NCBI RefSeq assembly: GCF_035084215.1
Contig: NC_090354.1
Location: 15,624,001-15,688,000 of the forward strand
Length of the DNA stretch: 64,000 nt
Direction of reading: 5' to 3'
Origin: Heptranchias perlo
Lineage: Eukaryota
Under the pieces are notes generated by a model. The model did not search any database. It was given only the letters and a program-made list of their open reading frames with translations, and had not been told where the DNA came from. This document shows, one piece after another, positions 39,861 through 52,840 of this stretch (position 1 is its first letter; the number at the start of each line of letters is the position of its first letter). The translations under genes and the position numbers were made by a program.

Positions 39861-41899
39861 GAAAGACTCCACAAAAAGGGTGAACCAACCATGGCTGACT
39901 AAGGCAGTCAAGGATGGTATCAGGTTAAAAAAAAAAGCATACACTGTGGCAAAGATTACTGGTAAGCTTGAAGATTGGGAAAACTTTAAAAACCAGCAAA
40001 GGATGACGAAAAGAATAATAAAGAGGGAGAAAATAAATTGAGAGTAAACTATCAAGAAATATAAAAACTGACAGTAAAAACGTCTACAAGTATATAAAAA
40101 GAGAGGGTAGCTAAAGTAAATATTGGTTCCTTCGAGGATGATACTGGGGAAATAATAATGGAAAACAAGGAAATGGCAGAGGAATTGAACAGATATTTTG
40201 TATCTGTCTTCACAGTAGAAGACACTAATAACATACCAATAATAGTAGAAAATCAAGGGGCAAAGGGGAGGGAGGGAGGAACTAAAAACAATCACCGGAG
40301 AAAAAGTACGAGGTAAACTAATGGGTCTAAAGGCTGACCAGACCCCCTGGACCTGATGGTTTGCATTTTAGGGTCTTAAAGGAAGTGGCTACAGAGATAG
40401 TGGATGCATTGGTTGTAATCTTCCGGAATTCACTAGATTCTGGAAAGGTCCCAGCGGATTGGAAAACCGCAAACGTAACGCCCCTATTCAAGAAGGGAGT
40501 GAGACAGAAAGCAGGTAACTATAGACCAGTTAGCCTAACAGCTGTCACTGGGAAAATGCTAGAATCCATTATTAAGGAAGTAGTAGCAGGACATTTGGAG
40601 ACTTATAATACAAGTAAAGAGAGTCAACATGGTTTTACAAAGGGGAAATCATGTCTGACAAATTTATTAGAGTTCTTTGAGGAAGTAACGGGCAGGGTAG
40701 ATAAAGGGGAACCAATGGATGCTGTATATTTGGATTCGATAAGGTGCCACATAAAAGATTACTGCACAAGAGCTCATGGTGTTGGGGGTAATATACTGGC
40801 ATGGATAGAGGATTGGTTAACTAACAGAAAACAAAGAATCGGGATAAAAGGGTCATTTTCAAAATGGCAATCTGTAACTAGTGGGATGCCGCAGGGCTCG
40901 GTGCTGGAGCCTCAACTATTTACGATATATATCAATGACTTGGATGAAGGAACAGAGTGTCTTTTGGCCAAATTTGCTGCTGATACAAAGATATGTGGAA
41001 AAGTAAATTGCGAGGAGGACACGAAGTGTCTGCAAAGGGATATTGACAGGTTATGCGAAAATTTGGCAGATGGAATATAATGTGGGAAAATGTGAAGTCA
41101 TACACTTTGGGAGGAAAAATAAAAAAGCAAAATATTATTTGAATCAAGATATACTACAAAATGCTGCGGTACAGATGGATCTGGATGCCCTCGTACATGC
41201 AACACAAAAAGTCAACATACAGGTGCAGCAGGTAATCTGAAAGGCAAATGGAATATTGGCCTTTCTTTCTAGGGGGATGGAGTATAAAAGCAGGGAAATC
41301 ATGCTACAACTGTACAGGGTGCTGGTGAAACCACAACTGGAGTACTACGTACAGTTCTGGTGCCCTTATTTAAGGAAGGATATACTTGCATTGTAGGCAG
41401 TTCAGAGAAGGTTCACTAGGTTGATTCCAGGTATGGAAGGGTTGTCTTATGAGGAAAGATTGAACAGGTTGGGTCTATACTCATTGGAGTTTAGAAGAAT
41501 GAGGGGAGATCTTATTGAAATATACAAGATTCTGAGGGGACTCGATAGGGTAGATGCTGAGAGGATGTTACCCCTCATGAGGGAATCTAAAACTAGGGAG
41601 CATAGTCTCAGAATAAGGAGTTGCCCATTTAAGACAGAAATTAGGAGGAATTTCTTCTCCCAGAGGGTCGTGAATCTTTGGAATTCTTTACCCCAAAAAG
41701 CTGTGGAGGCTGAGTCATTGAATACATTCAAGGCTGAGTTAGACAAATTTTTGATCAGCAAGGGAGTGAAAGGATATGGGGAAAAGGTGGGAAAGTGGAA
41801 GTTGAGGTAAAAATCAGATCAGCCATGATCTCATTAAATGGCAGAGCAGGCTTAAAGGGCCAAATGGACTACTCTTGCTCCAATCTCTTATGGTCTTAT
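39861..41899 (+). mobile_element. CR1 LINE, about 2 kb, 5'-truncated, frameshifted RT
   Basis: Motifs PADWKTANVTPLFKKG, NYRPVSLT, QHGFTKGKSCLTNLLEFFE, GMPQGSVL; C-terminal RRMRGDLIE; 3'UTR. It splits a SINE that is intact in duplication copy A. Confidence 0.96.
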
Positions 41900-42045
41900 A
41901 ACCAGAATGGCAGTAGGGGGGGCTATTGTGGCCTCAACAATGCTGGACTACAAAAAGACAGAATACTGGCAAGGGTTCCTGTTGATAATTGCTATGTAGC
42001 GAATCCTGCTGGCTTGGTGTTTGCAAACTTATCCCACCATAAATC

Positions 42046-42478
42046 AGTCAGCTTCATTGGTACCCCATCCACCAGTCTAAACATTCACTCCCTTCACCAC
42101 CGGCACACTGTGGCTGTAGTGTATACCATCAACAGAATGCACAGCAGCAACTCAAGGCTTCTTCGACAGCACCTCCCAAACCCACGACCTCTACCACCTA
42201 GAAGGACAAGGGCAGCAGGCACATGGGAACACCACCTGCACGTTCCCCTCCAAGTCACACACCATCCCAACTTGGAAATATATCACCGTTCCTTCATCGT
42301 CGCTAGGTCAAAATCATGGAACTCCCCACCTAACAGCATTGTGGGAGAACCTTCACCACACAGACTGCAGCAGTTCAAGAAGGTGGCTCACCACCACCTT
42401 CTCAAGGGCAATTAGGGATAGGCAATAAATGCTGGCCTTGCCAGCTACACCCACATCCCATGAATGAATAATTTTAAA
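42046..42478 (+). mobile_element. LINE 3' end (same family as 15866-16047)
   Basis: SLNIHSLHHRHTVA...SFIVARSKSWNSPP...FKKVAHHHLLKGN*, then ccacatcccatgaatgaat. Confidence 0.85.
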
Positions 42479-42489
42479 AAATCAGTGCA

Positions 42490-42930
42490 AGTACCCCTGT
42501 AACGACATGATAATTATTAATGACAGCCAATCAACCTCTTGCCTAGAAAGTAAACAATTATAATTGTGGAGTCTCATTCTTTTAGGTTGTGAATGGTTTT
42601 AGGAGATTTTAAAAATGTCAAATTTTAAATTTTCACTCTTCTTATTTTCCCTTTGTCTCTTTTTTCTCTCTCTTAATCTAATCTCTCTTTATTTCTCTTT
42701 CTCTACATGATTTGACATGGAATTCACCCAATCTAATTCATCCTCCTTCTCAATCCTTCTGTTTTTTCCCCAATCCTTTAATCTTATTGAAAAAGGACTT
42801 ACACTGTTTCTCTTGCTGTTGCGTTGGTACCAGCGTGCACTTCCAGCAACTTTGTAGGCAAAAAATTTAAAAACCTAAACCTGCAATTGTAAGTCTAATT
42901 AACGGGGCATGCTAGCAAAATCTGGCCCAA
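42490..42930. mobile_element. Probable non-autonomous DNA transposon remnant
   Basis: Ends in gcaaaatctggccc, has a pyrimidine-rich interior, and a related inverse-oriented copy lies near 51190-51500. Family uncertain. Confidence 0.4.
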
Positions 42931-43543
42931 AATTCCTTGCTGTGTCCTTTGGCCATGGAAGTCCCCAAGCGTTCTGGTGGACCCACAAGTCTGACATGCT
43001 CCCTCTTCAGGGCCACTCGGACCCAGGCAAGAAAGAGAGAAAGGCAGCCAGAGTGACCCTCCCCATGGGCCGTGCTAATCCTGAACTTGTGAATGCTCTT
43101 AGCCAGGTCCTATGAGCAGACCCACAAGATCATCCTCTGACTTGTCTGCTCCCCCGGGTGGCCAAATATCAGTAGGGCTAAAATTTTACTCAAATAATTA
43201 AGAAGGGGCTTCAACCTCTCACACTGTACATAAATATGAGAAACTGTTAACAATTATTATGAGAATTGATAACAACGACTACAGTATTAATGGCTTGAAG
43301 TTTGAAAAGTGCTGTAGGATCCTTTGCTTTGACTAATCGTCGATTGGAGGACGGGGTTTGTCCCCGTTGGTTTGCTGTCGGACACAAGAAACCCGGGAAG
43401 TGAGCCGAAGTGTTAGAATCATCGAGCTGGGTTAATGGCTGCAGTGTAGCCCGGGGCGCTGTGAACAGCCGCTCACCCTCTGCTTGGGTTACACTGACGG
43501 GCATTTGAGTTTACATTTAAATTCACTTTGTTACCACCAGTAA

Positions 43544-43756
43544 ATGATGGAGCCGCTTTACATGCACGGTTTCCGGGTTGCTGAAGTTTTGCAGCAAATG
43601 CTCGGCGGCTTTGAGAAGAGTTTGCTGTTGATAAGTTTGATTGGCGACGAATACATTTTATTTGTTTCCCTGTCACGTATTTTCTCAGCAGAAGATCGGG
43701 ATATCGGTTTTGTGGATTACTGTACTTACCATTTAAAAGTTAAATTTAACCATTCG
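43544..43756 (+). pseudogene. G6PC3: Degenerate duplicate of G6PC3 exon 1, inside intron 1
   Basis: Reads MMEPLYMHGFRVAEVLQQMLGGFEKSLLLISLIGD, then shifts frame relative to exon 1. Nucleotide similarity continues through the retained donor CG|gtaagttcctctccttt. Length is 213 nt versus 221 nt. Confidence 0.93.
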
Positions 43757-43854
43757 GTAAGTTCCTCTCCTTTTCGGCTCAGTTTGCTCCCACTGCTCTC
43801 ATCGACATCTTTCCCTTTCCTCAGGCTTGCACCTCCCTTCCCTCGTTTCACCGC

Positions 43855-44890
43855 AATAAGAACAGGAGTAGGACATTCAGCCCCTGGAGTCTCCTCTGCC
43901 ATTCAGTTAGATCATGGCTGATCTGTACCTCTAATCCATCTACCCTCCTTTGTTCCATAATCCTTGATGCCCATACCCAACAAAAATCTATCTGAGTCTT
44001 GAAAGCTCCAACTGTCCTATGATCCCTTTTGGGTGAGTGTTCCAGGTTTCTACTACCCCTTGTGTGAAAAAGTGCTTGCTGATTTCCCTCCTAAATGGTC
44101 TAATTGAAATTTTAAGATTATGTACTCTCCTTGATTTCCCCCAGCAAGGGAAATAGTTTCTCTATCTACCCCATGGAATCCTTTTAACATTTTAAACACC
44201 TCGATCGGATCACCCCTCAAATCTTCCATACTCGAGGGAATACAAGCCAAGTTTATTCAACCTATCCTCATAATTTAACCCTATAAGCCCTAGTATTATT
44301 CTGGTGAATCTGTGCTGCACCCCCTTCAAGGCTAATATTTCCTTCCTGAGGTGTGGTGCCCAAAACTGAACACAGTACTCCAGATGGTGTTTGACCAAGG
44401 TTCCCCTTTTTAATCCAGCACCCCCCGAGCTAAAGGCCAACATTGCATTAGCCTTTTTGATTGATTTTTATACCTGTCTACTAGCTTTAAATTATGTGTA
44501 CTTGGACTCCCAAATCTCTGCTTCTCTACAGTTCTAGTTTCTCACCATTTAGAAAATACTCCAATTTATCTTTCTTTGGTCCAAAGTAGATGGCCTCACA
44601 CTTGCCCACATTAAACTCCATCTGCCATAATTTTGTCCACTCACTTAGTCTGTATGTCCCTCTGCAACTTCCTGCTCCCATCTGCACTACTTACTGTTCC
44701 TCCTAATTTAGTGTCACCTGCAATCTTGGATATACAACACTCTATTCCTTAATCCAAGTCATTAATAAATATGGGGAAAAATTGCGGCCCCAGAGCAGAT
44801 CCCTGGGGAGCATCACTTTTGACATGCTGCCAATCTGAGTACATACCCTTTATCCCCACTCTCTGTCTCCTACCTCCCAAACAATTACCA
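43855..44890 (-). mobile_element. CR1 LINE 3' portion
   Basis: Minus-strand APQGSALGPQFFPIFINDLD, HLEYCVQFWAPHLRK and RGDPIEVFKMLKGF, plus 3'UTR. Confidence 0.92.
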
Positions 44891-45157
44891 AGCTGGCAGA
44901 ATTGGAGTGGCGGTACCCCAAAAATGGTGTGAAATGGCTTATCTCCCTGTTCCAGCTGTAGCTGTGGCCGTGGCAGTTTTCCTCCAAGCCTACTGCTAGG
45001 TCGCCAGAGTGCCCTCCACTCCGTGTCAGACAGTAGACCCATTTAAAATGCAAATCAGGGTGCTGTGAAGTATGTTGGACCTGATTACTGTTTTAGGAGT
45101 GAACACCAGGCTCCTGTATGGCCTCACAAAAATACTGCAGGCAGCTGCCGGCTCGGG

Positions 45158-45196
45158 CTTACCCCCCTCCTCGGCCTTACCCCCCTCCTCGGCCTT
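45158..45196. repeat. 18-bp tandem duplication within a GC-rich probable transposon relic (about 44895-45480)
   Basis: cttacccccctcctcggc twice. Confidence 0.75.
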
Positions 45197-45895
45197 GCTT
45201 CTCCTCCTCCCAGGACCTACCTGCAGCTGCCGCCAGCATCCCAGCTGGCCAACATTCCTGTGGCCCAAAACCAGCACGTTGCTTCAGGTCTGCTTTGGCA
45301 TCTGCAACTTGCTGATTGGATTAAAGGCCTCAAAATTACAGGGTCCTCTTCACCACTGGCAGGCAGGCTCCATTGGTCGGCTACGCAAAGGTTAAATTGT
45401 ACCCCATCGATTGTTATTTGTAGCTGGTGGCAATGGTGGATGCCAAATTCAGGCTGGATTCAATCCTTTGGGACCATACAGAAAAGGGCGAAAGACGCTT
45501 CAATCTTTTTTCAATAACAGTTCCAGTGAAGGTTAAGCATAAAGTTCATGGTTCAGAAATCCTGGGCATGCAATGGAAGGACTTCTGCTGGTTCATGTGC
45601 AAGAGCCAGGAGTTGTAGCAAAAAGTGAAAGTGGCTGCAGGGAAGGAGCTCCAGCCTACACTGACCTGTTACTGAGTAACTAGGAAAGTAAGTCAGTGAG
45701 GTGTGTCCCTAAGGTGATAGTGTGTGTACATTGTATCAGGCAAACGAATCCTACATACACAGATTTTTCAGTAGCTTGGTTTAGATACTTTTAAAAACAT
45801 CTGGATGACCAGAAAAAGTAACATTTTGACTCAAGATCTTATCAGAAATCACACTTTTGCAGATTAAATTTGAGTGTCTCTTACATTTCCAATAG

Positions 45896-46005
45896 GTTGC
45901 TGATGGGCGAGCGTCCGTTTTGGTGGATTCATGAATCGGGGGTCTACAGTGAGCAGCCGATGCCCAAGTTAAAGCAGTTTTTCTCCTCCTGTGAAACTGG
46001 CCCAG
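45896..46005 (+). CDS. G6PC3: G6PC3 exon 2
   Basis: Encodes (W)[36 protein letters not shown](G). Acceptor ccaatag|G, donor CAG|gtttgt. Confidence 0.95.
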
Positions 46006-47516
46006 GTTTGTTCAATTTAAGTGCTAAGTGAATTCTAGACTATACACAGGCTGGCTATTTTTATCTGTGTTTTCTGTCAAATCAATCACTTAGATTGACA
46101 TGCAAATTTCTAAATTTTATTTCTTAGATTTAAGTTTCAGCTTTTTTTTAAAAAAAGATTTTCCTTCAATTTCTCAATACACTTTTCTCTCCTGTTAAGG
46201 AAGTTTTATGTTTTGTACATTGGTCTGAATGGAAATTAGTTGCTGTAAATTCATCAATTCAAGAATCCATTTTGTTGACTTTAACAGAGCTGAACTAACT
46301 TGAACCTGCCAATTTCAAATCAAATTTTTATTGATAATTAGCAATTCAAAATTGCAAATTAGCCATCCTCTTATAGAGCTGGTTATTTTCAGTGGCCCAC
46401 TATTCAGTTGGACACTTTTCCTGCTCTCAATTAGAAGAATATTCCAGATCATTACACAGTCAAATACCCAGGTACCTAAGAGCTATTTGTTTGTATATCC
46501 AATAGTATATCCAACTATGAGTTGTATTATGTAGAAGAATAATGAGAAGGTGGGTGCACTCAAGGAAAATAATCTTATTGAAAGGATTCAGATGTTCGTG
46601 AGAGCAAACGTTTGCGCGGGTTGGTATCTGAACCCAGTGAGAGATTATTTTCATAGTGGTCACCCCCACCTATTCTGTTTAAATGCAACACTCATTTTAT
46701 CATTAAACATTGTCTGATCCATTGTTATATGGGTGGTGTATCCTATCCATCAGTACTGACTTTGGCCAGGAAATTCTATTCACTTAATCAGTAAGAACAT
46801 TCTCACTGAAGGACTTAATCTGTCAGACAATCATTGCAAATGTATGGAATTTAATCTGCAGTTGATTATTGGGAAATTATATAGGTGTTATTGGTTACCC
46901 ATTGACTAGAGGAAAATTGCAGGAATGTACGCAGTCCAAGTTGAATTTTCAGTCAGGTCTCTACTGATGTCCATATAAGCCCAGAACTAACAAGTGACAC
47001 AGAAATTTTTCTGTAATTCTTTCCCTGACTCTTTCATTTGTTGTGTTTCCTTTTCATCATTCATGAAAAACGACAGTGGGTGAATTGATTTAAGAGCCGT
47101 TAGTCACAGGGGGCACAGAGTCAAAGCTACAATATCACAATGATTCACACTATACTCTCATGTACGTAAACATTTTAACGATTAAGACTGAGATGCTATG
47201 AACTTCTCTGGTGTGTATGGCTTAGTACCATAGTGTGCACCTACCCACTGTGCCATTAGGGCAGCTCAGATTCAGCTCCTTCAATCATTCTTCGAAGTTA
47301 TTGATTCTAATATCCAATGCCAGTGTAGTGCAGTTGATGTTCACGGGGGGTGATAAAGGTGTTCATCATGCCACCAGCAGTGGCTTACAAAGAAATGGTT
47401 TGCAGTTGATTAATAGGTAACTTTTCCCACAATTTTTATTGGTTCACTTACATTAAACTTTTGTGTGATTTGGGAAATAAAGTACTAGTTTTCTTGCTGT
47501 GTTTGTGTTATTTTAG

Positions 47517-47607
47517 GCAGTCCTTCGGGTCACGCCATGATCACAGGTGCAACCTGGTGGGTTATGATGACCAGTCTTTCCACGTTCATTTACAATCGCA
47601 CTAGAAG
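47517..47607 (+). CDS. G6PC3: G6PC3 exon 3
   Basis: Encodes (G)SPSGHAMITGATWWVMMTSLSTFIYNRTR(S). Acceptor attttag|GC, donor AG|gtttgt. Confidence 0.95.
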
Positions 47608-48205
47608 GTTTGTGCTGCTTGAACTGTTTAAATGTCAAAATGATCAAATAATTATTCACTATTTAAATACAGGAATCATAAATGTAGATCTACTCCCCCT
47701 GTCTCACCGACAATTTTCTTCTCCATTTCTGAAGGAGCTGACTGACTCTTGCTTGGAAATGGTTCCATGCGCACCAGTTGCCTTCCATTATCTCACCCTA
47801 TTGGGCGCTTTTTATGTGGAAACCTGACAATGAGCATCGACGGGCTAGTTGATCACAGAGGGCATGATAGGCAAACTGATTCTGTCCTGAGGATCAAAAC
47901 GTGCATACTTTTGACAGGTGTCACCAGTTCGCAGCTGTAAATCGACACTGCAGCTAATGATCTGATTAGAATAGGCAGTGCTCTTCTGAGATTGGGTTAA
48001 GACATATTTTTGGGACGAATAGCTATAATTTTGCTGTGCATCTGCCAAAACTGTATTTAACTTTGATGTGCTTGATGTTGACACTGGATGCTAAAAGTGA
48101 GTGCGCCCCATTCTCCAAAACATCTCAGAATTCACTAAAGCTATAACTTTTTTATGTGTTAACAGTTATAGTATGTTATTAACCATTTTTTCCATGTATT
48201 TTAAG

Positions 48206-48324
48206 CTCACTGGCAAAGAACATTCCTGTAGTATTGTACATCATTATGCTGCTGGGAGTCGGCATCTCCAGAATATTCATTTTGGCTCATTTTCCTCATC
48301 AAGTACTTGCTGGAATAGTTACAG
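48206..48324 (+). CDS. G6PC3: G6PC3 exon 4
   Basis: Encodes [39 protein letters not shown](G), including the catalytic His motif. Acceptor ttttaag|C, donor AG|gttaga. Confidence 0.94.
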
Positions 48325-50130
48325 GTTAGAGCTTTAATCACAATGTGTTCAATGGCCTAATGGGTGACTGGGAGAGATTCTGTAACTCTGTGCTGACACT
48401 CCTGATATTTGAATTTAGTTTTAATTTGAAATTCCCTCCTCCTTGTTCTCCTTTGGGTACTCTTCCATGCCACTGATATGGTGGCAAACCAACCTATCCC
48501 TAGCAGCTGCCAATGTCTACCAGAACCAGCTGTATGACAGCAATTAATATCAGCACCTCTGCCAGTGCCATAGCCAAGATAAGAAGTTAACATAAATTCA
48601 TGGCCAGTCACTCCCAGGTTATTAGCCATGATTCCATCTTTAACAACTCAGCTAAAGCCAACGGTATTTTATGATTTTTCTTCTAAATTCAAATAGATAT
48701 TGAACTTTCCATCCTCTTCATGGCATAGTTTTTAAGGAGGAAATGGTTAGTGCAGCTGTATGGAATGTCCCAAACGTTGCAGTAGATGTTTAGTGTCGAT
48801 GTAACAACGACAGACAGAAGTGCTTAATACCTGAAATGAAGAACCTAGGAATACTTTCTTTGGCAAGATGTAGACCCTCTGGAGGATTGTACACAATTTG
48901 TCAAATGAGACCTGCGCCCCTCCCACTCAAGCTAGAGAAGTATTAATAAATCTTTCATTGCAAAGTAGAAACAACTACACTCAAAACTGGAGGAACACCT
49001 TGTACAACAAACATGCATAATATACAAAAGACCAACTAGGTATGAAACTTAGTAGTGAGGAATGTTGCCTCCCTGTGTTTTTAATAATGAATCTAAAATC
49101 TCAGCAAGGGATTCAGACAGTGAAATTCTCAAAATCTTTTAAAAATTTAAAATTTAAAATTTATTTCAACAAAATATTTAGTGCCTCCCCTTTGTGTATC
49201 CAAAAAGGCAGCAGAGTGAAGCAGTTTTGGAAGGATGGGCAGGATGTAGGTTTGTGGCTACAATTTGCCATGTGGCAAGTTGCCAGAGGATCGTTCTCAG
49301 TCAAGAGTGGTGGGAAACAAGGGACTAAGTAGTGGTTCTGTCCTTTCACCCCTGGGATCTGGGTTTAAATCCACCATGGGATGGGATGAAAGTTTCCACA
49401 TGTTTGCTGTCTGCGGGCATACATATAAAAGCAGAATTCAGTGCGCCTATAAAGAAGGATGTTGTTTTCTTGAACTAAGATGCAGTGCCAAGCACAAATA
49501 TAAAAGTGCTTTTTATCCTTTAAATTTGTTCACACCTGTTTTGCTACCTCTGTACGACCCTGATCCTGCCTCCTTGTTTTTACGTCCTGAGATTTTTCTT
49601 TCTATTTTGAGTTTGGTTTCATTTTCTTTAAGTTAACTCAGCATAGAGCAGGAATTGAATGTAGGACCTTACTGATATGTATATCTCTGTCCTACACCAT
49701 GTGTCATTTAACCACTGAGCTATTACGGGAAGGAGAGATTGGACTCCCATTTTTCTCACATCCCCTCCTGTGCCACTGACAAACCGCAGCGGAGGCGACG
49801 TGGATAACATGCTTCAGTATCCATCCGAAACTGGACGCTAGTGAGAGTGATCCAGGGTTGGCTTTGCTGTCAATTGTTCCCTACAAGTGGCAAAACACTT
49901 GGGTCTTGCTTGTAATCTCTCCATGGCAATGTAGTGGTTATTGGGAAATTGTGAGAACCCACATCCCACCACTCTGGTGGAGTGCAGTGGCATTTTAACA
50001 TGCCATGCCACCTTCACTACATGACCCAACCATTTAAAGATTACCTGGAAAACCTTAAGGACAGTGTACAAGTTCCTAATCTGTGAGCATCAAAGTAAAT
50101 AGCCATTAATAAACCTCTTTTGAATTTCAG

Positions 50131-50272
50131 GTGCTATACTTGGCTTTCTGCTAGGCAGGCATGTACCTGAGAACATCAAACTCATCCATTGTGTTGCTAC
50201 CTCAATCGGGCTGCTGCTCAGTGCTGTCTGCTTGTACTGGGGATTGCATTACCTTGGTGTCAATCTTTCTTG
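50131..50272 (+). CDS. G6PC3: G6PC3 exon 5
   Basis: Encodes (G)AILGFLLGRHVPENIKLIHCVATSIGLLLSAVCLYWGLHYLGVNLS(W). Acceptor tttcag|GT, donor TG|gtaagt. Confidence 0.93.
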
Positions 50273-52840
50273 GTAAGTCTTGCAATTTTCACACTTTCCC
50301 TTTCCAACAGCTAGTACCTGTTGTATGAGGTCCATATGTCCTTGGTTTGCAAGATTCCTATGTGTTTTATGATCAAATTTCTTAGAGAGAAACAGATAGG
50401 AATACACATGGCAGACTTCAAAACATTTAAGTTAGGAAGGAGAAACATACAATCTGGGGAGAGGAATAAATCAACCAGGGTCCCTGTGCTCAACTCCTAC
50501 TCAGTGATTCCTGTTGGAAAGTGTGCATATGTCAGATGTAGAGGAAATAAAATGCATAACATCTTCATTTTTTAAAAAAGAAAACATTCTTCCAAATTAC
50601 TGGACGATAAATGATGAAACAGTGGTACAGTAGGGATCTTTTCTCCCCAAATACTGGGAGATCGCATGTGGAGTTGCTCAGGGTAAGCTAGAGAATATGC
50701 TGTTTATAAGGACAGGAGTGTTATACTATATAACACGTAATGGATTTTTCGCTGTTGAGGTACAGGTTTGTTATCCTGGCCACAGGTCTAATTGCTGTAA
50801 ATAAGCTCATCCTGAGATCATTTAGAAGGCAGTCGTTTCTCTGGAGATTGGTAGCAACAGGAAATGACTGATTTCTGTTTTCTTTTTAATGCTTCTTTAA
50901 GATTGTTTGCATCAGTAACAAAGTGAGACCTCTGAAGTATGGTGGACTTAGACGTTTTCTACAGATAGTCCTTACTTGCTGACTGCAAAGCATTTTTAGT
51001 GTTTTCCACCTTGTAATCGGGTTTTCCAGTTCTGCAGTGATTCCTTTTTTAACACGTGAATCCAGATCTTGACAGGAAAACAACAAACCTAAATAATATA
51101 CAGGGATTTCAGTTACTGTTTTTTTTTCCCTGCATGTTTTCAAAAAATACTGTTCTTCACATAGCACTGTAGACTGAATAAACAGCAAATGTGTTGACAT
51201 TGTGATTGGTCAGAAATTGCATCCTTAATTTAGGAACACAGAAAGCGTAAAGGGCAAAAAAAGATTGGGAGAGCAGACAGTCAAAAATAGAGAGGGATGA
51301 TAAAATGAATGGATCAAGAGTGAAACAAAAATATACAATGATATGAAAGATAAGCAAAATCTATGAATAAAGTTTTTCTTTACACCAAATCTGTCCAAGC
51401 TGGTTATTTTCATGGGCCTTGTGTGTACCAGTCAGCCTCATGGGCCACATATAAAGTTTAAAATCAATGTTCCCATTAATTTGCATATATCTCAAGCTGT
51501 GGATTCTAGCTGATCCTGGTGTTTTGATTTAGGATGTATCCACCAATGAGGCAAAAGCACTTAAGAAGAAATCACTAGGCCCATGACATTCAAACAGGAC
51601 AAACCAGCGAGTAAGAAATATAAGCATGAGTAGAGAAGAACTTGCCTGCCTTTGTGGGCTAGATTGCCAGGGCTCACCATTGCATGATTGAATGTAGTTG
51701 GCACATCCCTGACATATGTATTCATGTGACTTCCCACTATACACACACCTTAGATCAAGATAGCTCAACAGTTTAAATATTTCTATGTATTTTCACCTAA
51801 TTAGAATAATTAAAATTTCTAACTGACCAAAAAAGGTGAAATAACTAGAAGCTGTCTGCTTGCTTCAAAATTCAATACTATTTTGAAAAATAAATGAAAA
51901 CTCTGTATCTCCATCTCAGTTTAATACACTTTGAAGTTTATGGAACACAAAATGAAAGGTATGTGCACTGTCATTTTCTCTCTGACATGCACATATCCTT
52001 TCTGTTTAAGAAGAACACTGAAAATAAACTTTACCTGAATAAAGCTTCTGAAATTTGGTTTCTAGCTTTTCTTGAAATAATTTAGAAAACAACTATCTTT
52101 TGTTAAAATGTTTCACTCTGTCTCCATTGTTTGGCTAGCTTAACTGCTACTGATGCATCCTGGGAAATTGCACACCGTACATGCTCAAACCGCAAGACCT
52201 GCCTTCAGCTGACAGCGTCACAGCTCTGGGCAGAAGTACCAAGTTAAAGGCCAGGCTTTTGGAGAGGTTGAGGCTTTCAAATCTTTCATGAAGGCATTAA
52301 ATGACACAAAATAAAGTTCAATGGCTAAATTTAATCATGTTACTGTGAAATATGTATTTTTTAAAAAATGTTATTTAAACCTTTATTTTGGACAAATTAG
52401 AAATCTCAGTTACTGAGGGAAAAAAATGGCAAATAAAAAAAAATCAGAAAGCATTTTGAGCAATTCATGGGGAACAGTACCATCTAGTGGCTATGGCCTG
52501 AACGTGAGAGATGACAGGGCACAGTTGACATAGGGGTTTTCCATTTTAAATGTAGACATCGAAATTTGTAATGGAAAAAGTTGACACAAAAGTGTGACAA
52601 CAAACATAAGAAGAAAGGTTTTGTAGCCAGAAAATAGCATTGCACAGTGAGTCAAGACCTATACTGATTTAAAATGTATCATCTTGATGCTACTTCATAA
52701 TATAATGACATCAATGTTTAAATCAGTAGCATCGGCTGGTCTCAATGAATTATTTTCATGCCACTCACCTGGCCAGCTGCTCATTAGTTATACATATAAC
52801 ATTTCAGAAAGAATCTGAAACAGACCTTGCAGCCACCAGG

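Larger units (their letters stand above)
37461..43850 (+). repeat. Diverged tandem duplication: copy A about 37461-38855, copy B about 39461-43850 (expanded by TE insertions)
   Basis: Alignable blocks: 37461/39461 (ctgcaaattgccaaactaaa), 37505-37747/39611-39858, 37745-37895/41900-42046, and 38300-38855/43260-43850. Confidence 0.92.

Noticed and set aside
40361-41080. 239-aa ORF with reverse-transcriptase motifs as a host gene or retron-like system
   Set aside because: It is a frameshifted piece of a 5'-truncated CR1 ORF2 with a mutated catalytic motif (FAADT in place of FADDT) and many sister copies in the window.
41795-42415. 206-aa ORF
   Set aside because: A chimera of CR1 3'UTR, SINE and a LINE ORF2 C-terminus joined by insertion junctions.
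43544-43921. Second intact G6PC-like gene
   Set aside because: Only exon 1 is duplicated, it is frameshifted, and the ORF runs on into intron and CR1 sequence.
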